A stretch of DNA of 64,000 nucleotides, taken from NCBI GenBank assembly GCA_965223265.1, contig OZ244999.1, positions 8,480,001 to 8,544,000 of the forward strand. The letters are read 5' to 3'. Positions 45,800-56,170 of the stretch are shown here, piece after piece. Position 1 is the first letter of the stretch. Each line of letters begins with the position of its first letter. Below the pieces are notes generated by a model. It was not told the origin of the DNA, searched no databases, and worked only from the letters and a program-made list of their open reading frames with translations. Source of the DNA: Planctomycetota bacterium. Lineage in GTDB: Bacteria; Planctomycetota; UBA8108; SXIK01. The translations under genes and the position numbers were made by a program.

Positions 45800-46579
45800 T
45801 CAGTCGGCCGGCGTCACGATGTAGCCACCGCTTCGATCGTCTCTCTCCAGGTGGAGGAGCTTTTCGCGTTGGGCTTCGTGGAGGAGATGTGAAAACGATC
45901 GAAAGCCGAAATACTGTTCGTTGAACTCTGGGTGCTTTCGCTTGATCGTTTGCTTCACCATCGAGCTCCAAATGATATCTCGGTCCTGTCGCACCAGCAC
46001 ACGCAGTGCGTCGAGAACGCGCTCGTAGGCCTGCCGCTCCTTTCCGGCGACACTCTGGAGCTTCTGTTTCACAACTGCCTGCGGCGAGTCGAGCACAATG
46101 TCGTCGTAATAGATGAATTCATCGCAGTTGTCGACGAGTAGATCGCTCGTTGAGTTTTTCACTCCGACACCGATGACGAACTTGTCATTCTCCTTGAGCT
46201 TCGAGACGAGCGGCGAAAAATCGCTATCGCCACTCGCTATGACAAAGCAGTTGATATGATCTTTGGCATAGCACAGGTCCATCGCATCGACGACCATGCG
46301 TATGTCGGCTGAATTCTTGCCGCTGTAACTCTTGCGAGGGATCTCGATCAGCTCGATTCCTTCTTCGTGGAATGAGCGCTTGTACCTGCCGTAGGTTTCC
46401 CAGTCAGCGTAGGCTTTCTTAACGACGATCTTGCCGATTTCTACGACGCGTTCGAGCAGCTTTCGAATGTCGAATTCTTTGTACTTCGCGTCGCGGACGC
46501 CCAGGGCGATGTTTTCGAAGTCGCAGAAGAACGCAATCCTTGCGTCCTCGGGGTCGAGTCCACCGGGAACATGAGCCAC
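45800..46579 (-). CDS. NYN domain protein (LabA/DUF88) with C-terminal OST-HTH/LOTUS domain
   Basis: FCDFENI, AYADW, KNSADIRMVVDAMD, SGDSDFSPL, CDEFIYY, FNEQYFGFRSFSHLL. Confidence 0.92.
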   Translation of the reverse strand: MAHVPGGLDPEDARIAFFCDFENIALGVRDAKYKEFDIRKLLERVVEIGKIVVKKAYADWETYGRYKRSFHEEGIELIEIPRKSYSGKNSADIRMVVDAMDLCYAKDHINCFVIASGDSDFSPLVSKLKENDKFVIGVGVKNSTSDLLVDNCDEFIYYDDIVLDSPQAVVKQKLQSVAGKERQAYERVLDALRVLVRQDRDIIWSSMVKQTIKRKHPEFNEQYFGFRSFSHLLHEAQREKLLHLERDDRSGGYIVTPAD

Positions 46580-46840
46580 TTGTTCCTGCTTTCGTCTTTG
46601 GTCGTTGTCGGCCTATCTGACGTCGCGTCAACAACTCACCCGAGACGGTCGGGCGGTCGAAGATCAAGGCCTCATCCGTCGACAAAGAAGTCACTTAGCC
46701 GGCGCGTCGTGCTTGATCGAACGACAGCCGCGGCGACGGTCTCTCCAACTTTCGTAGCGGATTATAGCCGTTGGTCCCGATATCGCCAAGGCTGTGGTCT
46801 GGACATTCGCTCCGCGTGTTGTGTGGTCGATCTCGGGAAA

Positions 46841-48211
46841 TCACGCCGTTGCTGTCGTCATCTCGCGCAGCAGATGCGCCATCATCAGGATGCCCCGAAA
46901 GTAGTCCTGTAGTCGAAAGCGCTCGTTGGGCGCGTGAGCGCCGTCGTCCGGCAGGCCGAGCCCGATCAAGAGGCTATCAACGCCGAGCTCAGACTGAAAC
47001 GTGTTGACGACTGGAATCGATCCGCCTTCTCGAATGAACACCGGTTCACGGCCAAACGCGATGGCGAGCGCCCGCGATGCGGCTTGCACCGCCTTTCCTT
47101 CTCTCGGAACGAGCACGGGCCGTGCCCCGTGGTGATCGATCACCTCGACCTCGACTGAATCGGGCGCGACCTCTTTCAGAAAGTTCGTTACGAGTGCGGC
47201 GATCGCGGCGGGATCCTGATCAGGAACCAGACGCATAGAGAATTTGGCCCGCGCTTCACTTGGAATGACTGTTTTTGCCCCTTCGCCTGTGAATCCACTG
47301 ACAAGGCCGTTGACGTCGAACGTCGGTCGAGCCCAGCGACGTTCCAGGTTCGTGTACCCTTCCTCGCCGACACTCGACTTAAAGCCAAGCTCGCTTTGAA
47401 ATGCGTCTTCGTCGAAATCAAGAGCCGCAAGAGCGTCCCTCTCCCAAGCTTCGAGGTCACGGACATCGTCGTAAAATCCTGGGATGGCCACGCGACCGAA
47501 TGGACCCTGGCACGCCGCGATCATCCGCGCGAGCACGTTCGCCGCGTTCGGCACCGCACCACCATAGGATCCTGAATGCAGATCGGTTTTGGCGCCGCGC
47601 ACCACGAGTTCGAGGTATGCCAAGCCCTTCAGCCCGTATGTGATCGCGGGGACGTCGGGAGCAAACTGGCTTGAGTCAGCGATCAAGACAACGTCGGACT
47701 CGAGACGTTCTTTCTCAGAACGAATGAAAGCCGCCAGGTTCGGGCTACCAACCTCCTCTTCTCCTTCAACCAAGAATTTGACGTTGATCGGGAGCGCGCC
47801 GAAGACGTGTTGGGCCGCTTCAACACCCTTGACAAGAGCGAATAGCTGGCCCTTGTCATCCGTTGCGCCGCGCGCGACGACGTAGCCATCCTCCTGCGTC
47901 GGTTCGAACGGACCGTGTCGCCACTCGTCGAGCGGGTCCGGTGGTTGAACATCGTAGTGGCCGTAGACCAGGAGTGTCGGCTGGGCCGAGTCGACGAGCT
48001 TTTCGGCGTAAACGATTGGGTGTCCTGGAGTCGGGAAAACTTGAGAGGTTAGCCCCATACCCACAAACTTTCGATGCAACCAGTCGGCGCAGTCGCGCAC
48101 GGCTGTGGCTTGCGACGCGTCGGTGCTGACGCTCGGAATCTTCAAGATTTCAAAGAGTTCTTCGAGGGCTTTCTGGCGTCTCTCGTCGACGAATTCGGTC
48201 AGGTCTTTCAT
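46841..48211 (-). CDS. M20 family dipeptidase
   Basis: YGHYDVQP, ARGATDDKGQ, EGEEEVGS, DLHSG, GGSIP, HAPNE. Confidence 0.93.
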   Translation of the reverse strand: MKDLTEFVDERRQKALEELFEILKIPSVSTDASQATAVRDCADWLHRKFVGMGLTSQVFPTPGHPIVYAEKLVDSAQPTLLVYGHYDVQPPDPLDEWRHGPFEPTQEDGYVVARGATDDKGQLFALVKGVEAAQHVFGALPINVKFLVEGEEEVGSPNLAAFIRSEKERLESDVVLIADSSQFAPDVPAITYGLKGLAYLELVVRGAKTDLHSGSYGGAVPNAANVLARMIAACQGPFGRVAIPGFYDDVRDLEAWERDALAALDFDEDAFQSELGFKSSVGEEGYTNLERRWARPTFDVNGLVSGFTGEGAKTVIPSEARAKFSMRLVPDQDPAAIAALVTNFLKEVAPDSVEVEVIDHHGARPVLVPREGKAVQAASRALAIAFGREPVFIREGGSIPVVNTFQSELGVDSLLIGLGLPDDGAHAPNERFRLQDYFRGILMMAHLLREMTTATA

Positions 48212-48558
48212 CGGGCGATCCTTGAGCTTTGAGGTGCTTCGTGTAGCGCTAGTCGACGTCAGCACGGACAGGCCATCCGGGTCCGCGGCATTTTACCGTG
48301 GGGAATTCATGAAAGCCTACCATCAGCGCGCTTTAGGATCGCGCGAGGTCGCGCTTCAGTGTCGGCTGGTCCTTCCGACCGCCGGTCGCGTCTTCGATCG
48401 TGGAAGCGTTGGGTCAGGACGGCTGCCACACGGATCCACAGTAACAATTCGTACTCTTCTGCGTCAGGGAACATGTCGACCAGCCTGGTTGCGACTGGCT
48501 GGAAAAGCAGCACGTGCTCAATTATCCTGTGAGCGGTTTGCTTTCTGCAGGTTGCCGA

Positions 48559-51500
48559 ATGCCCGAACGGTTCGAGATTTTTGGTAGAGGAGAAACCGAG
48601 GGCGTCGAGGCGCTCTACCGGAACCACCGGGACGGTCGACCGAGCGCGGCCTTGATTGAGGATATCGTCCAGCAGCGCATTGGGACGCTCGAGCGGCTTC
48701 GCGCTATGCGTGCGGACGAAGCGAGTTTGGTCCTTTCTGAGGCGGTTTCGGGTCTCGAGCGCCGTGTCACGACGATTACCGATGGGACGGCCTCGCCGTT
48801 CGATGCGGAGATACTTCTCGCCCAGCAGCTGCGCTGGTGCTTGTGGCTTAGCGACTTGGTCACCGATCAGCTTGGCCGCGACCCCTTTGCGTACATCGAG
48901 GACGATATCGACTGGGTCGAACGTTCGACGCGCCGGCTTGGCGATTGGGACCGCGAGCTCCAGGGAGAGGCGAGTCAGCTCGCGGCGCAAGTCGACTTCT
49001 TGAAGGAACGCGTCACAGGTCGAAAGTGCTCTCGCTTTCTCGCACCGGTCGCGCCAGCAGTTGAATCGGAGCCGCCGCTCGAACGCGCCTTCAGGCTTTG
49101 GTACGCCGTCAGTGAATCGTTCACGCTCGAAATGCGTATTGCCAAGCTCGGCCGCGGCACCGGTGATCCGGCTGCCGAAGCGGGAACGTCGAAAGGCGAG
49201 GGGCAGAGCTCGCGGACAGTAGGATCGAGCGAGCTTCTGCGTCTTCAAGAACGGCGCGGTGAGCTGCGAAGCGAGCTGCAGCGGACGCTCTGCGATCTGC
49301 AACCAGCGGAGATCGCAGAGTTCTGTCGTCCATGTGCCAGCGAGCTTCTGGACCATTCCTCAGGGCTTCTTACTGAAACCGCCACGTCGCGGGCACGGCA
49401 CAGAATCGCCTCGCTACGCGCGCTACGCAGTCAGCTCGACTTTTTCCTCAAGATCACGACGCCTGAGCGGGCGACCGTGCTGAGTCAACTCGAGGGGGAG
49501 GGGTGCCGAGAGCTCGCACGAAAATTTCGACAGCTGGACCGGCTGCGTTCGAGGACGCTGAACGCTGAACGGGAGGAGGTCGCGGCACATCGGTTGCGAC
49601 GCTTCTTCGGAGCTTCACGGGTGAAGGTTTGGGAGAACTTCATCCTTGTGCTCGTCTGCGCGTTCCTCGCGCTCGTGATCGCGGACTGGTGGCTTTCCTC
49701 ACTCCTTGTTGATGACGACAAGACCGTAGGGATGCGAGTCGAGGATTCGCGTGGTGGGTTGCTACCCGCGGGTGTCGCCCAGGCCGAGGGGCGGGTGAAC
49801 TTGGGGACGGTCGCGGCTTCCCGAGAGTTCGTGGTAACAGAGGCGAGCGTCGATCAGAATCGGATCCGCAGGTGGATACGGTCGCTCCACATCGTCGACC
49901 TCGTCTTCTGCGTGATTTTTCAACTCGACTTTTTCATTCGCTGGGGTTTTGCCGGTTGGCGAGGGTGGTTCTTTCGTCGTCACTTTTTCTTCGAGAGCTT
50001 GCCAGCTCTTCCTTATGCGCTCCTGCTGCCGTATCTCCAAGGTGTGATCGTCTTTCGCCTGCAGCGTTTTGTGCGGCTTCTCCGTGTTTTTCGTGTGTTC
50101 GCGTTTTTCGTTCGTGGTGCCGATCAGGCAGTCGAGCGGTTTCGCCCTGTGATCGATCGCGACATCATTCTCTTCGAAACTGGTGAGACGCAGGAGTTCC
50201 CGGAGTCACCACTGAAAATTCGCTTGCTCGATCTCGGCGAGCGTTTTTCGAGGGCGGTTCGCAGCGTATATCGCGATCTTGGCTGGGCCGAAAGGCCTCG
50301 CGTGCTCTCACGGTGTGTTCAGGCGCTTGACGTGGAATCGCAGCTCGTCGGTGCTATGTCACTGCCCTATCGCCGCGATCTCATGCACTTTGCCAAGGAG
50401 GTACGGCTTGAAGTGCTGATTGGGCGGTGCCTCAATTGCGATGTTGGTCGCGCCTTGACCTATTTTGGACGTGAAGGTGCGCAGCGCATCGCGCAGTGGC
50501 TCCGTCGGTTGGACATCCCCATTTTTCGCCGGGCACCGTTTGTGCGCCGCTTGATGCCTGCCGCTCGTATTCCCGACCCGTCCGAGGCTGCGAGTGCGGC
50601 CGTGAAGGCGATGGGGCAGATTCTGCAAGAGTTTCTTGGGGTCATGCGGTTTTGGGGAGACATGGCTGGGATCACCACCGGGCCGCAGATTCTTGATCGC
50701 ATCGCGACCGCGCTCGTCATGGCGACGAAACGCCCCGCGGTTCGACTGTTTCTTCTCGCCAGCCTGTTTCTCTTCTTGGACCTACTCTCAGGGCTCGTCG
50801 GTGAGAATTCGTTCATCGGCGTTGCCTCGACGAAAGTGTTTCAGCTGTTGGGTCTGCCTCTCTACATCGTGGGTGGTCTCTGCCTCGTGTTGCTCTTCAT
50901 GGGTTTCTGGTTCAAGCGCATCGCTGGCGAGGCGCTTTCGGAGCATCTCCGGGTCGCAGATGCCCATTTTCTCACTTTGATCAAGCACTGGAAACTGCCG
51001 CGCTGCGAACGTGATCTGCGTCGCATGTACCGGAGTGTCCTGGCTCCAGAGTTTCATTTGCGCGGCATTTCCGGATTGGACGACGCTTCGTCTATCCGTT
51101 TTCTTGCGGCACCGGTCCGCTCCAAGTTGCTTCACAACTCAGGCCTGGCGGATACCTCCGTGGAACCGTGTCGGGAGTTTCACGACGAGAGGCAAGCGAT
51201 CGCTTTGCACTATGAGACTTACTTGGATAGCCCGGTTCTGCACCGCGAAGACAACGCCACGTCGATACAGCTCCTCGGCAACCTCGCGCTTCGAGATCTG
51301 CGCACCAATACGATCGGACTTTCACGTCGGCAGTTTCGCAAGCTCGAGCGGCTCAACTTGGAGCGGCAGAGCATCCTCTCCTTAGGACCTTACTTTTGGT
51401 TTCGGTTCATCACGGAGAGCCTGGCGATTGAGACGGCGAAGCTCGTCAGGGAGTACAACGCCTCATGCATAGCAATCAGTGACCTGCCGCACGCCACCGA

Positions 51501-52854
51501 GGGTGAGAAGGCGCGGTTTCAGGCTTTTCTCACTCGGCATCAGGAAGGGCGGGACGAAATCCATGTACGCCGCTCGGCGCGTTCGTCGGCGCGAACGGAG
51601 GAGTTCCTCACCGATGAGTTCTCGGCGCTGAACTTCCTGATGCCAGACGACGAGCGCGATCTCCGCATCAAAGAGCGTTTCGGGGACGACGTTTTTCGCG
51701 CATTGAAGGCGGATCGACGCGGCGTTGTCCGCGACATTTTCGGGACACGGCCATATCACATGCTGCCGCGCCACGAACGCGTCTTCAATCCTTACCGACT
51801 TTTTCACAAGTATCTTGGCGGGGCGAAGTTCTTCCTCCTGCCGCTGGTTTTCGTGCTTGGCGCCCTACGTTTGCTCTCGAAGGCCCTGCAGCAAGTCGTT
51901 TTCCTCGTGCGTGAAGTGCTCGGTCGGGAGAGGTTCCGTCGCAGTCAACGCAACCGATTCGCGAGTTTCGACGTCGCGGTGCGAAAGATCGATCGGATGC
52001 GCAAGCCGTTTTTCATGGAAGCGCTGAAGCTACGCGCCACGGTCGACATCGATTATCTCGGCCTGAACGTGCCGGGAGTGCCTGAACGCGACAGTCGCGT
52101 CACCTACGAGGACGATCTGAACTTCGTCACTGCCACCGAAGCTGAGCGACATCCTGTTGAGGAGGCGAGAAGGAACGCGGTGAGGGACCTTCGACGCTTG
52201 CGCGGTTTCTTTTCCCAGCGTGGCTGGACTCGCGACGGTTTTTCGGGCCTCTTCGAAGCGCTCGAGTTGCCAGAGTCGATGCGCGGTGACCGGACGTCAA
52301 TCCTGCGTGCCCTTGCGACTGCTTTCGTGACGGACCACGGGGGGCTGCGCCAGACGATCACTGCGCCTCAGATCGTTCGGGAATTCATCGACACAGCGCT
52401 CGCGGCACGAGAGTCATTCGGTAGTCGGGTCGAACACGCCTTCTTCAGTCTCTTGTTCTTTTTGCCAACGCGCCGCCGCCGCCGCCGATTTCTTCGCGAC
52501 TATCTGGAACACGCTACGGGTGGGCAGTCACTCGATCCAAAGCGTCGTCAGAAGCTTTGGAGAGCCTTGGCGGCGGCAGACCCGGACAAGGAAGCCGCTT
52601 TTGAATCCGTCGTCAGGGTAGCGCAAGAGAAGGCGCTTGGACGCGACGCCACGGTGGAAAGTTTTCGCCAAGTAGCGCACGACCACGGAGTTTGGACGCA
52701 GCGACTGATCACCGTGCGCACGATTCAAACGATCACCGTCCTCGACATCGAATGCTATCGCGACCTCATTTGGGTCCTTGGAGACTACGAGTCGGAGGTC
52801 CCGAAGCTGCGAGCCGATCATCGAGGCGTTCTGCCGGTGAGCGAGGGGCGCTGA
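48559..52854 (+). CDS. Large membrane protein with an Ion_trans S1-S4 (voltage-sensor-like) domain; function unknown
   Basis: S1 ENFILVLVCAFLALVIADW, S2 IVDLVFCVIFQLDFFIRW, S3 FFFESLPALPY, S4 FRLQRFVRLLRVFRVF; further TM segments; large helical soluble regions. Confidence 0.78.
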   Translation: MPERFEIFGRGETEGVEALYRNHRDGRPSAALIEDIVQQRIGTLERLRAMRADEASLVLSEAVSGLERRVTTITDGTASPFDAEILLAQQLRWCLWLSDLVTDQLGRDPFAYIEDDIDWVERSTRRLGDWDRELQGEASQLAAQVDFLKERVTGRKCSRFLAPVAPAVESEPPLERAFRLWYAVSESFTLEMRIAKLGRGTGDPAAEAGTSKGEGQSSRTVGSSELLRLQERRGELRSELQRTLCDLQPAEIAEFCRPCASELLDHSSGLLTETATSRARHRIASLRALRSQLDFFLKITTPERATVLSQLEGEGCRELARKFRQLDRLRSRTLNAEREEVAAHRLRRFFGASRVKVWENFILVLVCAFLALVIADWWLSSLLVDDDKTVGMRVEDSRGGLLPAGVAQAEGRVNLGTVAASREFVVTEASVDQNRIRRWIRSLHIVDLVFCVIFQLDFFIRWGFAGWRGWFFRRHFFFESLPALPYALLLPYLQGVIVFRLQRFVRLLRVFRVFAFFVRGADQAVERFRPVIDRDIILFETGETQEFPESPLKIRLLDLGERFSRAVRSVYRDLGWAERPRVLSRCVQALDVESQLVGAMSLPYRRDLMHFAKEVRLEVLIGRCLNCDVGRALTYFGREGAQRIAQWLRRLDIPIFRRAPFVRRLMPAARIPDPSEAASAAVKAMGQILQEFLGVMRFWGDMAGITTGPQILDRIATALVMATKRPAVRLFLLASLFLFLDLLSGLVGENSFIGVASTKVFQLLGLPLYIVGGLCLVLLFMGFWFKRIAGEALSEHLRVADAHFLTLIKHWKLPRCERDLRRMYRSVLAPEFHLRGISGLDDASSIRFLAAPVRSKLLHNSGLADTSVEPCREFHDERQAIALHYETYLDSPVLHREDNATSIQLLGNLALRDLRTNTIGLSRRQFRKLERLNLERQSILSLGPYFWFRFITESLAIETAKLVREYNASCIAISDLPHATEGEKARFQAFLTRHQEGRDEIHVRRSARSSARTEEFLTDEFSALNFLMPDDERDLRIKERFGDDVFRALKADRRGVVRDIFGTRPYHMLPRHERVFNPYRLFHKYLGGAKFFLLPLVFVLGALRLLSKALQQVVFLVREVLGRERFRRSQRNRFASFDVAVRKIDRMRKPFFMEALKLRATVDIDYLGLNVPGVPERDSRVTYEDDLNFVTATEAERHPVEEARRNAVRDLRRLRGFFSQRGWTRDGFSGLFEALELPESMRGDRTSILRALATAFVTDHGGLRQTITAPQIVREFIDTALAARESFGSRVEHAFFSLLFFLPTRRRRRRFLRDYLEHATGGQSLDPKRRQKLWRALAAADPDKEAAFESVVRVAQEKALGRDATVESFRQVAHDHGVWTQRLITVRTIQTITVLDIECYRDLIWVLGDYESEVPKLRADHRGVLPVSEGR

Positions 52855-52933
52855 TAGACGGAGACAGAACCCCGTCGATGAAGCGGCCGCTTGACGCTTC
52901 GTAACCGTGACAACTTCAAGCGATCTTCTTCCT

Positions 52934-53971
52934 TTACCTCTCTTTAAGATCTTCGCCTTTCTCTCCAAAATGTTTTTCCACAAGCAACCGAGCAAGATTC
53001 CTGTTTCCCTCGGCCTCCGTAGCGTTAGACGCCACTCTTGCAAGAGAGGAGCGAATCGAACTTCGAGTACCATCTTCTAACAGGTGGTTCAAATCGTTGA
53101 GAAGAGTTTCGATACTTTCGAGGGCATTGGCCCGAACATCCGCGTCCTGATCCAACAGGCTTTGTTTTGCAATCATGAGTGAGTCGAGTGACTGAATAGA
53201 GGACAACATAAAGAGAGCAAAGGCCCGGGTCGGGGCCGATTGAGCGCGAACCCCTTCCTTCAAGGCAGAGAGCGCCTCCGGGTTCCCGTTGTACGCAAAG
53301 CCAGACAACCCTCGTAGTCTTGCCCGCGCCGTTGCCAAGTCTGAGGTCTCCAAATCAAGAAGATCTTTTAGAATAGCTCCTAGACCGGAGCCTGTTTTGT
53401 TGCAGTGCAAAGCAAAAGCTTTTAATGCCCCGCCAGCCATGTCTCTATTCTCCTCGGACGAATCAGTTCTAAGGATTTTCAGCAGTCGAGGCGCACAGAA
53501 TAGAGCCGAACAGCCAGTAGAAGTAAGGAGACCGAGAAGGTGACGGCGAGTTTCTGCATCTCCCTCCTCTAGTAGATCCAGCACCGCCTGCCGATTGTCC
53601 GCTGCCAAACCGCATTTCTGAACGATTCGATCTAATTCATACCCACCACCGCCGGTCGTCGCCAGTATTTCTATTAACCGCGGAATTGCGGTTTCTTGCG
53701 ACGCAGGATCTCCCCTTCTTAAAGCATCGAGTGCGTGAACGAGCACGGATGTGTCAGGGCTCTCCAGGGCGAGCAGGACGACTCTATAAGCATGTGAGTT
53801 TGACTCGTATAAATCTGGAAGTCGCTTGGCGGCGGCGGCGCGAACGTTTCTGTTTTCGCTCTGGAGCTGTTGAGCGACGAGAACAACCAGGTAAACCTTG
53901 AAATACAGGGCAACAAAGATAACAACGACCAGAGCGGCAGACGAAACGACAAACAAAGTTCGCTTACTCAT
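52934..53971 (-). CDS. Membrane-anchored HEAT-repeat protein, AT-richer than its flanks
   Basis: N-terminal TM helix; VRAAAAKRL, TRAFALFML, DQDADVRANALESI; sampled 60-nt lines are 43-57% GC. Confidence 0.75.
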   Translation of the reverse strand: MSKRTLFVVSSAALVVVIFVALYFKVYLVVLVAQQLQSENRNVRAAAAKRLPDLYESNSHAYRVVLLALESPDTSVLVHALDALRRGDPASQETAIPRLIEILATTGGGGYELDRIVQKCGLAADNRQAVLDLLEEGDAETRRHLLGLLTSTGCSALFCAPRLLKILRTDSSEENRDMAGGALKAFALHCNKTGSGLGAILKDLLDLETSDLATARARLRGLSGFAYNGNPEALSALKEGVRAQSAPTRAFALFMLSSIQSLDSLMIAKQSLLDQDADVRANALESIETLLNDLNHLLEDGTRSSIRSSLARVASNATEAEGNRNLARLLVEKHFGEKGEDLKER

Positions 53972-54154
53972 TTGACTCGTCCTGTCCAACAATTCGATCG
54001 ATACGAAAAGCACTGCTGTGACGACGTCGACTTTCCTGGATGATCTCGAATCTCGAAGGAAAGTCGAGTGTTGCATCAGGTCGACTCTCGGGCAACGTCG
54101 ACCAGACGAAACGCCACTGTCGGTTGAGGATTGAGACGACGTTACTGTGCGCCG

Positions 54155-55426
54155 TCAACGTCCCGGTGCGGTGTCTTCCTTGGCGCCGGCCACGAGGCGC
54201 ACGCAGACCAGCTCGCTGTCTGAGCGCGCGAAAACGTCCTGGCCGGCGAACGCCGGATGGGCCCATGTGCGGCCAATGATGCTTGCCCGTCCGAGATCGA
54301 CGTAGCCTTGCGGTTGCACGCGGCCGAGGAGCAGCTCGCCGCTGGAATTCAGTGCCACGACGTGGCCGTCATCTCCGGCCCACACGATCGAAGCGTGGGG
54401 ATTTCGCTCTTTCGGGTTCACTTGATAGTCATCGCGCCATGCCACTTCGCCGTCTTGCCAGCGAACGGCGAGGAAGCCGCGCGCTTTGTCCAGCGTGAAG
54501 ACCCGCTCACCGTGTGCCAGCGGTGTCGCCATCAGGCAGCTCGGCACTCTGGCTTCCCAGACCAACTTGGCGCTGTCGGGTTGCAAGCGATAGACGCGAC
54601 TTCCGTCCCAATATCCCGAAAGGAATAGGTGTCCTTCGTGAACCAGAGGATTGGCGATCGCGACGTCGAAGTTGCTTGTCCTGAAGGGCGCGGTCCAGCG
54701 CACGACGCCGTCGGAGGGTCGCACGCCATGTGCCGCGTCCGCGGTCCAGATGATGATCTGCGTTTCGTCGCCGACGGTTGCGATGACCGGGCTGGCGTAG
54801 CCCGGGCGATCGTCGAGGGCGCGCCACCGTTCCTTCCCGCTGCGACGATCGAGCGCGATCAACGTACCACCCGGACGGGCGCCGAGTTGGAGGATGAGCA
54901 AGTCGCCATGGACAAGAGGTGACGCCGAGTGGCCCCACTGGGGTGTCTGGGCGCTGAGCTCTCGCGCCGCGTCGATCTGCCAGCGCGGTTCGCCTTTGCG
55001 GCGATCGAATGCGTGCACGTGACCAACGGCTCCGACCGTGTAGATCGTGTGCTTCGAGATGGTCGGCGTTGCTCGAGGGCCGCTGCCGTAGTCGAGGTCG
55101 CCGTAATCAGCGCTATAGCGAAACTCCCACAGCTTCGTCCCGTCGCGACGATCGACGACGAGGGCGCGCTCCGTACCATCGGTACCGCGATCCATGACCA
55201 CGACCTGATCCGCCTCGACCGCAACGCCTGCATAACCGCCACCAACCTCGACACGCCAGCGCTCTTTAACGTTCTCCGGCGACAGGCGCGGCGGCAGCTG
55301 CACGTCGCGCCACCTAGCTTCCGCTCCTGGCCCTAAAAAGCGGGGCCAGTCCGTTGCTGCTAATTGCGCCGCCGACATGAGGGCAGCGAATGCTGTCAGG
55401 GTCCAAGTCGCTCTCGTCATGTTCAT
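54155..55426 (-). CDS. PQQ-like beta-propeller (BamB-like) secreted protein
   Basis: Signal peptide, DWPRFLGP, GPRATP, repeated G..W motifs, GYASP, TWAHPA. Confidence 0.88.
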   Translation of the reverse strand: MNMTRATWTLTAFAALMSAAQLAATDWPRFLGPGAEARWRDVQLPPRLSPENVKERWRVEVGGGYAGVAVEADQVVVMDRGTDGTERALVVDRRDGTKLWEFRYSADYGDLDYGSGPRATPTISKHTIYTVGAVGHVHAFDRRKGEPRWQIDAARELSAQTPQWGHSASPLVHGDLLILQLGARPGGTLIALDRRSGKERWRALDDRPGYASPVIATVGDETQIIIWTADAAHGVRPSDGVVRWTAPFRTSNFDVAIANPLVHEGHLFLSGYWDGSRVYRLQPDSAKLVWEARVPSCLMATPLAHGERVFTLDKARGFLAVRWQDGEVAWRDDYQVNPKERNPHASIVWAGDDGHVVALNSSGELLLGRVQPQGYVDLGRASIIGRTWAHPAFAGQDVFARSDSELVCVRLVAGAKEDTAPGR

Positions 55427-55505
55427 GGAAGGATAGGAGGCTGCCCTAGCGACATCGTCTGCTCGCCGCAGCGAGCGCCGGCGCCGGGGGGTAAGGACTT
55501 TCGTG

Positions 55506-55991
55506 CTAGAGGAAACCTCCGACACATTCACCGACGGCGAGCAGTGCCTCCGTCTCGGTCGCCGAAAACTCGTGGGGAGTCGGTTTGGCAACGCCGAGAG
55601 TGCCTCGAAGGACACCGTCCACAAGCAGCGGGAGTGCAATGCTTCCTTCTACCTTCGTCTCTTTGGCGGCCGGGCGCGCGACCCCGGATTCGTCCGTCTG
55701 TAGGTTGCAAGTCTGCACCGGTTCGAGCCGTGCCGCCGCGAGACCCGCCATTCCCTTACCGCGTGGAATGCACTGCACCTGGCCGAGGATCGACGCCGGG
55801 ATTCCGCGCTGGGCGACGAGCTCCAGTTCGTCGCTGTCCGAGTGGTAGCGGTGTAGAGTGCCCACGGTGCAGTCAAACGCCTGGAGAATCTTTTCTAGCG
55901 TCGTCTGATAAGTGGTCGCCGACGGTTCTCCGGACAATAGGAGATGGAGCTCGGAGAGGAGTTGAGGGCGGGGGGCGTTGGCACTCGGCAT
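55506..55991 (-). CDS. Stand-alone GAF domain protein
   Basis: LELVAQRGIP, IPRGKGMAGLAA, SIALPLL..LRGTLGVA. Confidence 0.85.
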   Translation of the reverse strand: MPSANAPRPQLLSELHLLLSGEPSATTYQTTLEKILQAFDCTVGTLHRYHSDSDELELVAQRGIPASILGQVQCIPRGKGMAGLAAARLEPVQTCNLQTDESGVARPAAKETKVEGSIALPLLVDGVLRGTLGVAKPTPHEFSATETEALLAVGECVGGFL

Positions 55992-56107
55992 GGCTCAGCC
56001 CCACATCCTACGCGAGAATCTCTGCCGGCAACATAGCCGGCTTTCGGAATGTGCTGCTAGCTCCACCGACGTTTTGGCAGCGACGCCAGGAGCGAAACAG
56101 GGCGCAC

Positions 56108-56150
56108 AAAAAAAACGCGGGCGCAGGAGGTCGAGTCTCCTGCGCCCGCG
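56108..56150 (-). terminator. Rho-independent terminator of the PEP-CTERM gene
   Basis: Perfect 14-bp stem CGCGGGCGCAGGAG / CTCCTGCGCCCGCG, 7-nt loop, followed by T8 on the minus strand. Confidence 0.9.
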
Positions 56151-56170
56151 ATGCATGTCTTAACGACTGA

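Noticed and set aside
45800-46579. NYN protein as a defence or toxin system
   Set aside because: Stand-alone common LabA/DUF88-LOTUS protein with no defence neighbours.
53975-54130. Integron attC site before the HEAT gene (GTTGGAC just upstream of its ATG)
   Set aside because: No matching RYYYAAC/L-box pairing, no attC downstream of the gene and no integrase.
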